Shown here in pieces: positions 36,810 to 49,143 of a stretch of 64,000 nucleotides of DNA (positions within the stretch are counted from its first letter, which is position 1; each line of letters starts with the position of its first letter). The notes beneath the pieces were generated by a model, which was not told the origin of the DNA, did no database searches, and saw nothing but the letters and a program-made list of their open reading frames with translations. The translations under genes were made by a program, and so were the position numbers. This stretch comes from Schmidtea polychroa (lineage: Eukaryota), in contig CM097886.1 in NCBI GenBank assembly GCA_044892525.1, positions 126,790,001 through 126,854,000 on the forward strand, read 5' to 3'.

Positions 36810-38312
36810 AATGAGTCTTTTAATAAAGTGCTTAAATCAGACTTTTTAAACAATAGCATTAAATAAAATTATTAATTGAAAAATATAAAGATTATATAAT
36901 TAATATAATATAATATGTATTTGAATTTATGTCTTCTTATATTTTTAATAAATTTATAAAAAATATTTTCCAAATTTTGACAAAAATTTCAAAACATTTC
37001 GAAATCAAATATATTATAATACCGTTCATAAATTAAAATAAAAACTAAAGATTCATGTTTAAAAATGACTTGAGAATTTTTAATTCGTTCTCCCTCTCGA
37101 TTTTAATATTTTAATTATTATTATTTTATTTGTTACGCAAGTGCTAAATTAATTTTCTAATGGCAGAAATACCAGTATTGAGATGATATTTCACAAAATT
37201 AAGCGGGAAATGCTCTATGAAGCGGTTTAGGTGCGGTCACTCGACTCATAAGTAGATGATGTCCACTCTCCTCTGAGAGGAGTTAGATGCAGTTCATTTC
37301 TGCGACAAAATATAGTTTCAAAAACAGCATACTTAAAAATCGAATAATGAAAAGAAAGACTTGTGGAGTAGCGAAACGAGCATATACCTCTACAGTAGCT
37401 GAAATTGCCCTCAATTGAAGTCGAAAGATTTAATTATTTAACGAAATAGTATTCTTTATATCATCATTGATAGATTTTGTTCAAGTTAATGATTATATAA
37501 TAAATTTTTTGAACCATGGTGATTCCACTATAAATGCTGAGTATAATTAAAAATTCTAGATATCGGCGAAATCCGTCATTCACTTATTTCTTCATCAAAA
37601 TTAATTCTTCGTTATCATCAACGACTAAATTTTTCTAAGACACAATATCACTCAGGGATACTCAAAATCTGAGTTGTTACCACGCCCAACATCATAATTC
37701 AAGGATTCCCAGCGGCCAGAGATCATTATATGTGAAGACAGACCTAAACCCACTTTTCATAGTCATAAAATTCGTATACATGTTTATATCAATTTTTCTC
37801 TATTTGAGTGGTTTCAATGAGATCATTACGTCCGCATATCATCACCTGTATCACAATTATAGTTTTGGCCCACATCATCATTATTAGTATTATCATCCTT
37901 ATATTTGTTGTTGTGGTTGTTATCAATTACCAATTGTTGCTGTTATGGTCATTTTCATTTGCATGACAATTCGTGTCCTCTCACTCTTAGTTTAGCTCAC
38001 CTAAGAAACAAAGAAAAAAATTAAATTATGAAAAAACAAATTTCGAATAAAAATTGACAGGCAATTGCAGGCAATCATAAATTACATATAACACTGCAGT
38101 GAGAAATATAAAAAAATTGAATTTATTTTGATTTCTTACTATCGAGAGGTCTCAAGTACTTCATTTGATAATGTAAAAATGTCAAGTAAATCAACACTAA
38201 AGAATCCATCGAGTGCAATAGGTGTTCATACTATTATCTTCACCGCAGCTCGACTACCTGATATACCTACCCCATAAAAATTTTTGTTTTATTGCTACAA
38301 AAAGGTAATGAT

Positions 38313-38480
38313 ATTCACACTATAGTGAAGAGGTATCTTTGATCATAAAGATTTTTTGTACACAGAATCCAACTTTCGTTAAAAAACCATTGCACCAAAG
38401 GGTATTTGGATTCACACTATAGTGAAGGGGTATCTTTGGTTTTTAAAATTTTTGTATACAAAATTCAACTCTCGTTAAAA
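38313..38480. repeat. Two-copy tandem duplication, period about 97 bp
   Basis: ATTCACACTATAGTGAAG(A/G)GGTATCTTTG...AACT(T/C)TCGTTAAAA at 38313 and 38410. Confidence 0.8.
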
Positions 38481-38481
38481 G

Positions 38482-40640
38482 GCTAAAGTATTTTTAGATC
38501 TATAAAAATGCCTTATATCAAGTTGACCTACAAGATAAATCTAGATTAAAAACAGCACTTACCGTAAATAATACACAATTTTGTTTTAATAGTATGCCCT
38601 TTGGCATTGCAACTGCGCCTACAACATTTCAAAAGCTCATGAATAAGGTATTAGGACTACTGAATGGTAAAGACGCTGTTGTTTATCTTGACGACATATT
38701 AATATTTGCGTCTTCCTTGCAAGAACATCATAAGAGAATAAAAGTATTTACAAGAATAAGTGATTCTGGGTTAAAAATCAGTCCAGAAAAATGTTATTTT
38801 ATTTAAAAAGAGATAAAATATTTAGGGCATGTCATAAACGACGAAGGAATACTCACTGATGACAACAAAATTATCGCGATTAAAAATTTCGAAACCCCAA
38901 AATGTGTTAAAAATTGACGAAGTTTACTTGGATTAACAAATTATTATCGTCGATTAAAAATTATAGTATGTGTCATTACGACCTTGTTTGTTATTTTATT
39001 GTTATTTATTATGGTTTTATTTGTTATTTATTATTTGGTATAAGTTGTGATTGAGAATGTTTATATTTAGGAAATTTGTAGAGCCCAACAGAGTCTCCTT
39101 TAAAATTTATTGTTTCGGGATAGCTGAGGTACTTGTGTTTAAACTGTTGAGCGGATAATAATTGCAAATAAATATCAAAGAAACATAACCAATGATGACC
39201 GATTCAACGTTTATTAAATGAACAATAATATTATCGACCTTAAGATTTCGAGATCTGTTTGAGAATATTTATTTTTTTAAGTTACACAAAATTTAAAAGT
39301 TTATCTTGGATTAAATTACAAGATTTCTTTTTATATCTGATTAACGTTGGATGTTTGATGGTTGAGGATAAATTGTTCTGAATTATTAATTAATATAGAA
39401 AGATTCTTAATAGGGTTTCATCGAACTTTTTTTCTTGAACTTCTTTTTCCAAATTTCGGATTATATAATTTTTAAATTTCTTTATGGATTATTATTTTTT
39501 TGTCAATTCTCTCTAGCAATTATTTATTATAGAGAGTTAAACTATATAGTTTAACTATATCCCGATTCCATGCACATAATAACGAATAACCCAACAATGT
39601 TTTTACAAATCCTAATTACAAATAAAAAAAACTAACACCACACTACATTATGTATTCAAAACCACTTGAAAATTTTGTGCGGTGTAAATCAGACAAAATT
39701 TATTTAGACAAATGAATGCGAAGAGGCCTTTCAAGAATTAAAGAAAGGATTAATAAAAGCTCCAATTCTTGTATTCCTTGACTTTACAAAGGAATTTATT
39801 TTGAACACAGATGCCATTTTCGACAAAATTGAAGCAGTTTTATCACAATTAGATGAAAATGACAAAGAAAGAGTAATTTCATATGGTTCGCATGCAATAA
39901 ACAAACACGAAATGTCGCTCGAAAAGAATTATTAGCAATAATTTATTTTACCGAACATTTCAAACAATTTCAAACATAATTCAAACGATTCACGAGGAAC
40001 CAAAAACAGGAAAACTAAAAAAAAAGATTCTAGCACTCATGTGTCAAGAAGATGGAAAACTGGGGCAACAAGATTCTAAAGAAATAGAAAATATAAAAAT
40101 AGATATACTAATTCAAATAAAGGTAAAATATGGATTCCAGGCGAAAGAAAAAAAGAATTTGTTTTGTACACCCATAAAACTTTGTGTCATGCCGGAGTAA
40201 ATAAAGTCCACGAATATATTTATAGGAAATTTGACATGAGAAACAGACAAGAATTTACTAAAGAAGCAGTCGGATCGTCCGAAAATTGTCAAAAAATAAA
40301 GGCAATGATTACTCAAACAGCAGAAAAAACTAATTAAACCTACAAAAGTTTATTTATTTGAATCAATTTTCGTTGAGTTTTGTGGCCCAATGAAAACTAC
40401 TAAGAGTAAAAAGAAGTATATTTTGGCATTTATAGACTAATTTAGTAAATATATCTCTTTATGTGCCGTTTATGAGCAAAATAAAAAGTCATATGCAATA
40501 AATATTAACGAAAAATGGATTTTGAAATTTGGGTGTTCCGAGGAGTATTCATTGTGATAGAGGAAAGGCATTCGAGTCAGCTTTATTAAATTTGCAGAGA
40601 AACACGGTATTAATCTAGTATATTCAAGTTCGTACCTCAA
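38482..40640 (+). mobile_element. Ty3/Gypsy LTR retrotransposon pol relic (RT, RNase H, integrase) with stops and frameshifts
   Basis: MPFGIATAPTTFQKLM, VVYLDDILI, KYLGHVI, LGLTNYYRR, APIL...FILNTDA, HKTLCHAG...SENCQK (HHCC region), FCGPM...YILAFID. Confidence 0.92.
38971..39647. mobile_element. Probable solo LTR (677 bp) inserted into the Gypsy RT
   Basis: Insert begins TGTCAT and ends CTACA (TG...CA), flanked by GTATG / TTATG (4 of 5 TSD match); pol resumes (KNYS|...SKPLE) across it. Confidence 0.65.
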
Positions 40641-40847
40641 TATTCTCCTTTTTTCAAGTGACAAAAGGCAGTGCCGAAAATTTGTGAGTATCAAAAAACA
40701 TCGATATATTACTGATTTATAGTCTACAAGCTGTCTTTTTAATAAATTCAATGGAACAAATAATCAGTGGTGAAATTGAAAAAAAATTTTTATAAATAAA
40801 ATAAAATTATATTTAAAAAGTTTTTTATTTAATTTTTTGTTCAAAAG

Positions 40848-40852
40848 TAATG

Positions 40853-40930
<78 letters not shown>
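40848..40930. repeat. (TAA)n microsatellite
   Basis: About 27 TAA units. Confidence 0.95.
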
Positions 40931-40937
<7 letters not shown>

Positions 40938-41249
40938 AAAATTTGGGAATTTTTTGAGTTGGGAATATTTTGTAAACATCTTATATATTTCCAATACGTG
41001 TTATTTTCTATCAAGTTGTGTTATAAAAAGTAGTAGATGGTATATATTTTCTACAAGTATTGTTATTGATTTTTTTCTAAAATAGTGATCTATATGATTT
41101 TTAAAAGATATTTTAAATATAAAATTGATTTCTATAATAAAGTGTGACTTTCTGTGTGACTTTCATATTTCTAATTACTTTAAGTTGACCTTCATATTTT
41201 TTCAAAAATTTTCCAACTATTTTATTAAAGCTTTTTTTCATTGTCCCAC

Positions 41250-41430
41250 CATGTGTTGAAGAATATGAATTTATTTCTATAATATAAGGTTATCTATGTT
41301 TGATAATATATGGAAGTTGATAATATACTGATGCTATTCACTGCCTCGTCATGTGTTGAATTATACGATTTTTATTCTATAATATAAGACTAGTGTGATT
41401 ATCATAATATAGAAGTTGTTATATTATGGC
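41250..41430. repeat. Two-copy tandem duplication, period about 100 bp
   Basis: CATGTGTTGAA...TTCTATAATATAAG...ATAATATA.GAAGTTG at 41250 and 41350. Confidence 0.7.
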
Positions 41431-44400
41431 GTAACCTAAATTTTAATTTAGCGACTTTGGAACTCATTTCCATCGAAACTAAACATTTTTTTTATATATA
41501 AACACCATATATTTCCGTGATCTACATAATATTTTGAGTCGATCTAGATATTTACCTGGGGGGTGTGGTGTGAATTGGACACTACCATCTGCTTTGGTGG
41601 ACATTCAAAAGTTTGGATACCCTCGCGTGCTAAAAATATTTCACATTTAATTTATTGTTTAGGATAATATATACTGAATTACTTAACATCTTCAAAGCCT
41701 AAGCAAGAGGTAGGCACCCAAAATGCGCTGGAGTACCACAAAATAGGTAAATAAAAGTACTGGACAATGCGTATGACACTGAAATAAAACTAAAAATCTA
41801 TATTAAGACAATTTTATTTAACTATAATATTCAGAGTATATTCACATTGTATAATTTACAAACTATAAAAACATCAACGCAAACTACCTGAAACGACAGT
41901 TTTGCATAAATTCTATCACCTGAATCTAGCCAAAAAATATTTTTAATTATTCTCAGTAATGGAAAGTTAAAGTACTAAAATTTTCATAAATAGTCAATTT
42001 TGAAGAGTGCCACCAATAAACCTATGCTATATGTTGCCGACTACTGACCTAAGTCATCTCACGCACTTTCATCAGTCTTATATCAGAATACAATGAATCC
42101 ATTCAAACATGTCCTCCACGAGGAAACTACTCGGACATTGCAGGCACGATTTCTTTTTGTTTCTTATACAATTCACTTACTTATAAACAAACAATCATCT
42201 GGGCTGTTGCCGGATCTCTGTAAACTTCATCAAAATATGTTTAGATCTTTGTGAAAGTTAAATTATTCAAATAAAACTTCCTTATGATGTCAGAGAACTA
42301 TTTTTTTTGTCATGTTGATTTATATGGATAGCAGACTTCAATTATGTGCCAAATGTCCCCAATATTTGATAGAGATCATTTGCGAATGACACTTGACAAT
42401 AATGATGTCTTTATATGAATTTTATTTAACAAGAAACCCATTCAGTTGACATTGCTATTCCAATTTTTGATAATTTGATTGCCGAATTTCATGTTAACAA
42501 GACTACAAACAAATTCCAAATTCAGAGAAAGCTTTAAAACTTTTTTAATCCCAAGTTTCACTTAAGTGTAACATGCATATACTGGTTGGGTTCAGCAAAA
42601 TTTGGAACCTCATTTAGAAATACAGTTTACCAATTGGTCTTGTAAGATCAGATTTCTTGTGGAATTTATGGAGCAATCAGAATTTTATTTTAGGACAGAA
42701 ATATTTTTTCCGTCTAAGCTTTACTCTGAAATATTTACATTAACTTTTCTTTAAAGATTGTCTGTGAAAATTTTGCGTATAACAGTAAAAATAAAGCATT
42801 ATAATAATATTATAATTAAATAACTGATAATTGTGACATAAAAAATTTCAAATATTTAATTCTCAAAATTTTTACCCTACTATATGCCGTATCAGTTACA
42901 CATGAATGATAATTCCAATTGGTCCACTGCTGCAGAGTTTCTCGTCCAATGATAACTTGTCACCAATAAAGTTACTGTATAGGATATGCCAGCTGTTGCA
43001 ATGGGCACACTGGTATATTAGTTCTAATTAATTCGTCTTCACATCTACTACTTTTATTAAAAAATAATTTAAATAATGTATTTTTAAACATATTTAATAA
43101 TAATAAATGTAGTCATGTAGGATTTTAAATATAATAAATTTAATAAAATTCGTACAGGTACTGAAGATGTTTCTAAAAATGTTTTCTGTTTAGAACTTAT
43201 TAAAAAAATTTAATAAAAAAAGTACATTGATAACAAGTTTTTTCGATAAGGGTACATCAAAAGAGACTGAGAATCAAAGCACTACTGTGCGCCATATTAA
43301 TTATTTTCCATAAAAAGTTGCATGTGTCCAGGTGAATTACACATAATAAGACTTATATTTAGACTTGTTTTAAATTTCTAACGCGTATATTTCTTGAAGA
43401 TTTTGTCTTCAAGTTATGAGAAAGATAAAAAAGATAAATTACTTCCCCTTGGTTATGTCAATTCTTATCCTACAATCAGATCTAAAAATAAAGATTTAAT
43501 GTAAATTTACCAATTATTAAATGCAATGTTAAAACTCAAAAATGTAACAAAATAAAATTTGGCTTTATTGTATATTTCGACTCTTCGTCCTGCTCCGCCT
43601 TCTCAAAATTTAGGCATAGCTTTCTAAAAAACCTAATTGATAAAGTAGAATACTATTTGCAGTAAGGGTGAAATATTGGTAATAAATTCATTGGACCGCA
43701 AATGTTTCTAATGACCAATCAAACAACGAGACCAACCATTCACCAAATCTTTTCTCAATGATTTCACAAGTGAATACAATTTTCACGAGATGTCCGATGA
43801 AATCTTCATATCAAATAAACAATTCCTTCCAATAATTTTTTTGCCCATATAGTGATGATAATTGTTTATTCAGTCAGATAATGCAACCGTATACGAATGC
43901 TGGAGGAATTTGGTAAAATAAACAATATATCCATCCAAACGTTAACCCGGCTTTTCTAATTTAAACATTTCCAGGTCATTTTTCATTTGATTACATCGCT
44001 TAATTGACATAACTGTGGAATAGGGGGTCAATAAAGGGTTATGTTTAGTAACAACCAATGAAATTAAATCTATTGAAAATCGTCCATAGAAAGAGACTTT
44101 TAACAATGGCGATTCTGTAGCTCTTACCTACCACTCATCTGTGTATATAATGAAAGAAAACCTAAGGACTCAAAGACATACAATAAATTCTTGGAATAGA
44201 TGGAAGAAAACTATACTATTTGAAAACATCAATATGGGACTAAACCTCAGGCACATTTCAAAACCACAATGCAACAGTTTTGGGATGGAGACTTAGCCTA
44301 TTTTTCACATAATTTGCTAAACCTTAAATTACAAAAATGTAACTTTATCGCGACAAAAATTACAAAACATAAGGTCTCACCTGACAATTCATGAAAATGA

Positions 44401-45504
44401 GTGTCAACCCTAACCTAAAACGAATTGCAATTCTGTCTAGTCACAGCGATTGATTAGCAATAGCAAGGGGTTTCACAATAACAATAAACATTGTCAATAG
44501 AAATAATTTATCAACCTCATGCCTCCTAACTAACGGAGACATCTGTCAGATATTGTAGGAAGGAATTGAATTCGAACAAAACTCTAGGAGCTGGTAACTG
44601 GGAAATTCATTCACATCACCGAATTGGGGGAGCTCGCGTCATCTTGTGCAAATATTATCAACATCAACAAAACTCAATTATGTTTCCTAATGTGTTTATC
44701 CTTGTAAATGCTCCCGTTTATTCTAAAAACAAAAATTTTGAAATTCATTATAATCTGTTGACAGAAATTGTTTCTATGACAACAAAAATTTAATTGAATT
44801 CTCTCAATGACGCATTTCTGCTCCTATGAAAAACTTTTCTTTTCGTTGGATTCTCATCGACAGACTCAGAGAAAACGGTTGAAAATAATAATTTTTGTAA
44901 CGAAGAAGAGAGAAATTTGATATAGATAATTTTGCCATTTAATTATATCTATAATTTTAATTTTTTCCATCGGGACTCACTAGTGCAATTTGGAAAGTAC
45001 TCCCAAATGGGCTGCTGTACTTTGAATGTGTCACAATATGATATCCTTTCTCCCATGTTGCCACAACCGAGGTGGGTTTCCAAAAATGTAGGATAAATTT
45101 GCTACTATAATTATCCGNNNNNNNNNNNNNNNNNNNNNNNNNNNNNNNNNNNNNNNNNNNNNNNNNNNNNNNNNNNNNNNNNNNNNNNNNNNNNNNNNNN
45201 NNNNNNNNNNNNNNNNNNNNNNNNNNNNNNNNNNNNNNNNNNNNNNNNNNNNNNNNNNNNNNNNNNNNNNNNNNNNNNNNNNNNNNNNNNNNNNNNNNNN
45301 NNNNNNNNNNNNNNNNNNNNNNNNNNNNNNNNNNNNNNNNNNNNNNNNNNNNNNNNNNNNNNNNNNNNNNNNNNNNNNNNNNNNNNNNNNNNNNNNNNNA
45401 AGGATTAAAATAAATATATATTTATGGCCATCAAAAATGATCCCGTGTCCATGAAAACCTGTGTAATAAATAATCAAAATCCAAAATTTACAAGTAAATC
45501 CTGA

Positions 45505-46245
45505 CTACATTCTCACAAAGACAAATTCATTGTAATGTTGCCACTTACTTTCCTCTGAATCTTGTCCAGGCCGATTGTCTGAACCGGCAGAATTTGTGCC
45601 AGATCCACAGGAACCAACCATTTTATATCCACATAAATATAACGAATCAAACGCCTGCTCCAGAACGTTATGTTTGAGAAAGAAACGTGCTGAATATCTG
45701 TCACCTTTAGAACCTGCATATCCACAATCTGGATCCCTGCTCATATTCAACGTATCTTGGAAAACTTCCTTGCAAGGAGAAACCTTTCCACTAACAAGGA
45801 TTCTCGACAATTTCCTAAATTTCACATCGGCTAATCCATCCCTTCCGAACGCAAAAGTGCCCCGATAGCCAAGCGTGATTACATTTGGACCATTATGTTG
45901 GATTCTTTTCTCTAAATTCTCCACCATTTCATTAATTCCGAAGTAAACTGCCTCATTTTTCAATGCCGAAGTTTCTCTAAACGTGTCGGGAAGATTGAAT
46001 TTCGATTCTTTGTTTTTTTTACATCGCAAAAAATCTATTATGAATCGAAAAAGTGTTCCATTTCGATCTATGAAGAGTCTTTTCTTTGAATCGACTAGAG
46101 AATCCGTCGGCTGTTTGAGGTATTGCAGCACAAGACTCGCAAGGTTCGAGTTCGGATATTGGTCAACGAGGGTGGACTTGAACGAAGCGTACGTTACACC
46201 ACCAATATTGAGTTCCACGACTTTGTCATCTGATTTGCTCGACAT
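45505..46245 (-). CDS. Single-exon BTB/POZ (T1-type) protein of the KCTD8/12/16 family with H1 domain
   Basis: 246-aa ORF: VVELNIGG...LFIDRNGTLFRFIIDFLR...EAVYFGI (T1/BTB) followed by ITLGYRGTFAFGR...FRKLSRILV...LSRDP-like MSRDPD...RFFLKHNVLEQAFD...YNEFVFVR (H1 domain). Confidence 0.9.
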   Translation of the reverse strand: MSSKSDDKVVELNIGGVTYASFKSTLVDQYPNSNLASLVLQYLKQPTDSLVDSKKRLFIDRNGTLFRFIIDFLRCKKNKESKFNLPDTFRETSALKNEAVYFGINEMVENLEKRIQHNGPNVITLGYRGTFAFGRDGLADVKFRKLSRILVSGKVSPCKEVFQDTLNMSRDPDCGYAGSKGDRYSARFFLKHNVLEQAFDSLYLCGYKMVGSCGSGTNSAGSDNRPGQDSEESKWQHYNEFVFVRM

Positions 46246-47152
46246 TGTATGGAAAAATATGAGATGAACTCAACTGGCTTGTAACAAGATTTTAATAGGT
46301 GTTTTACCTGCATTCGAGAGAACAGGAATTGTCGAGTGGCATCGTAGACAAATTACAGACATCGAAACACACATTTCAATGGCATACACACCTGTCCACA
46401 TACACACGCACAAGCTCAATGAGTCGTCGCAACTGATGAAAAAATCCCCGTCGATTTTCTGACTGAAGCATGATGGAATCGTTAATGAAACATTAATCGA
46501 TAAATTGTGCGTGTTTACCAACTGAAATCGATATTCCATTTTTATTAATTTTTTTATTAATTTAATTAAATTACGATTAATTTCTCGGTAATTTCTATAA
46601 TCTTCAATTTTCAGAACATTCTTGTCGTCATGGTAACCGATTAGAAAATACGGATTTCTTGCGATTTTCAAAGACAACAAAATTGCTTTTTCGAATGAAT
46701 TTATTTTCCTCGCATTAATTCTTATCCAAATGCTTGTGAAAATAATTGAAAACAAAAAAAAATCCAAAGAAAAAAATTCAACAGGAATGTCAAATTATGT
46801 CTGAAAATCTGAAAATTTATTATCGAAATGCACATGCAGGCGATTTCCAGGTATCGATTGATTTTCAAAGCACACACAATGCTGCCAGCCGCCGGCACAC
46901 CGACACGGTGCCACAGCACACTTGGCAATTGGGATTTGTGCACACATACTCGCACAGTGCCGAATTTCACAATTCAACATTTTATCAGATTTTTCGACAC
47001 TATTTAAAAGTAAAATCCGATCAAATTTTTTATCATTTTTTCTTCAATTTTCACCGTTAAATTATCAAATAAGTAAGTGAAGAATTTCCTGAGATTTTCC
47101 CATATCCAATAACTTAGTTAAAGGCCGACGAATTGATTTGCATTTTTTAGGC
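46246..47152. promoter_or_regulatory. Candidate bidirectional promoter region shared by the KCTD gene and filamin, including a filamin 5'-UTR intron (about 47072-47150)
   Basis: Head-to-head start codons 907 bp apart; GC-rich patch at 46880-46960; GTAAGT donor near 47072 and TTTTTAG acceptor two nt before the filamin ATG. Confidence 0.5.
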
Positions 47153-49074
47153 ATGGCAGATGATGGATATGTCGACGAAATCGAAGAGGTTCTCGATGAC
47201 AGCCGGCCTGAAGAAAGGGACCTAGCTGAAGACGCTCAATGGAAAAAAATCCAAAAGAATACGTTTACAAGGTGGACAAATCAGCATTTGAAGCTAAGTG
47301 GAATGCAGATCAACGATTTGCAATATGATTTGTCGGATGGACTGAAACTGGTAGGTCTAATCCAGGTGTTGTCATCCCAACAGTTCAAGCATGTCAATAA
47401 GCGACCAACTTTCAGAACTCAGAAATTGGAAAACGTTACCATGGTTATGAAGTTCCTTGAAGAGAGCGAACAATTGAGATTGGTTAATATAGGTTAGTAA
47501 TAATAATGAATTCCCCTTTATTCCAAATATGCTCCAATCAATTTCACATTTCAGGGGAATTTATTCCCCCAAATTGTTGATATTAATATATAATTATATT
47601 ATTTGTGTCCACCATCTCATAATTTTTGACGATTTTAGATAGCTCTGATATTGTTGATTGCCGGTTGAAACTTATTTTGGGTCTAATATGGACCTTAATC
47701 TTGCATTATTCGATTTCCATGCCGTTATGGGAAGGAGAGGAACCCATTGCAAAGGTAATATTATTTATTTCGAAGGTGTTTGAATAATTTCTAAAAGGAT
47801 GCCAAGGGTAAGGGACCATCTCCCAAACAAAGAATTCTGTCATGGTTGAATAGCAAAATGCCAGACAAACCAGTAAAAAATCTAACACATGATTGGAATA
47901 ATGGAACGGCAATCGGAGCATTAGTTGATGCTTTGGCTCCAGGCCTTTGTCCTGATTGGAGTGATTGGAATCCAAAAGATGCTTTAAAGAATGCCAAAGA
48001 AGCAATGGATTTAGCCGAAAAATGGCTTGATGTGGCCCAATTGCTGAAACCCGAGGAAATGGTTGATCCAAGAATTGACGAGAAAGCTTTGATGACTTAT
48101 TTGAGCCAGTTTCCAAAAGCTAAATTGAAAGAAGGAGCACCTTTAAGACCAAAAACAAACCCAGCCCGAGTGCGCGCATATGGACCTGGATTGGAGAAAA
48201 CTGGCAATGCCATCAAGGCTCCGGCAAGATTCACTGTTGACGCGTTCAGCGCTGGAACTGGAAAATTAGAAGTCATGGTTTTAAATCCTAAAGGAGCTAC
48301 AGAACCTGTACATTTGATTTGAGAAATCTTTATAAATTAATTTTAAACTTTAGAGCGCCATCGAGTTGAAACCAAACCAAACTCAGATCTATGCTTGTAC
48401 TTACACTCCAACTATGCAAGGAGAATATAGGGTTATCATCAAATATGCCGGGAAAGAAATTCCAAATTCACCTTTTGCAGTAGATGTTGAAGGAATTGCC
48501 GGGGATCCAAGTAAAGTCACGGCTTCAGGACCAGGAATAGAACTCAAAGGCAATGTAATGGGAAAAAGAACATTTTTCAATGTATTCCTAAACAGTATGA
48601 TTAATGAAAGGAATGGATTATTATAATAAATAATGTTAATAGACGCAGGATTTGGGAATATCGAATGCAAGATCAAAGACCCTCAAAATCGCGAAGAAAT
48701 TGTCAAGCCGCTTATAACCAAGCAAACAGAAACTAATTATTTAGTGGAATACACACCAATTTTAGGTGGTCTTCATTCAGTGTCAGTGCTTTTTGCTGGA
48801 CAGCAAATACCTTCGTCCCCCTTTTCAGTTGAAGTCGCTACAGGTCAGCGATACATACTATTTTTCTTGAAAATTTAACAAATTTTATTCAGATTCAGGA
48901 AGAAAGCCTCATCCACTCGAGAGCCATCCAATCATGCAAGGCAATGGGAAACCCGGAGGGATTGTGCCAGAGTCTACCCTACCGTTAAATACGACCCCCA
49001 AGAAAACAGATGATAGTATTACCATTAAACCAAACAAAGGTAAGTTCAGCTATATTTAAGGATAATAATAATAA

Positions 49075-49143
<69 letters not shown>

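Noticed and set aside
37500-38010. Strong minus-strand acceptor followed by Asn/Asp-rich coding-looking text
   Set aside because: All frames are broken by stops and I cannot assign a family; at most an unidentifiable relic.
41990-44400. Degenerate coding-like stretches (possible hAT transposase or LINE endonuclease relics)
   Set aside because: No motif convincing enough to name without a translated search.
46270-47060. 60-165 codon ORFs between KCTD and filamin
   Set aside because: Low-complexity, no motif, overlapping the probable promoter and UTRs.
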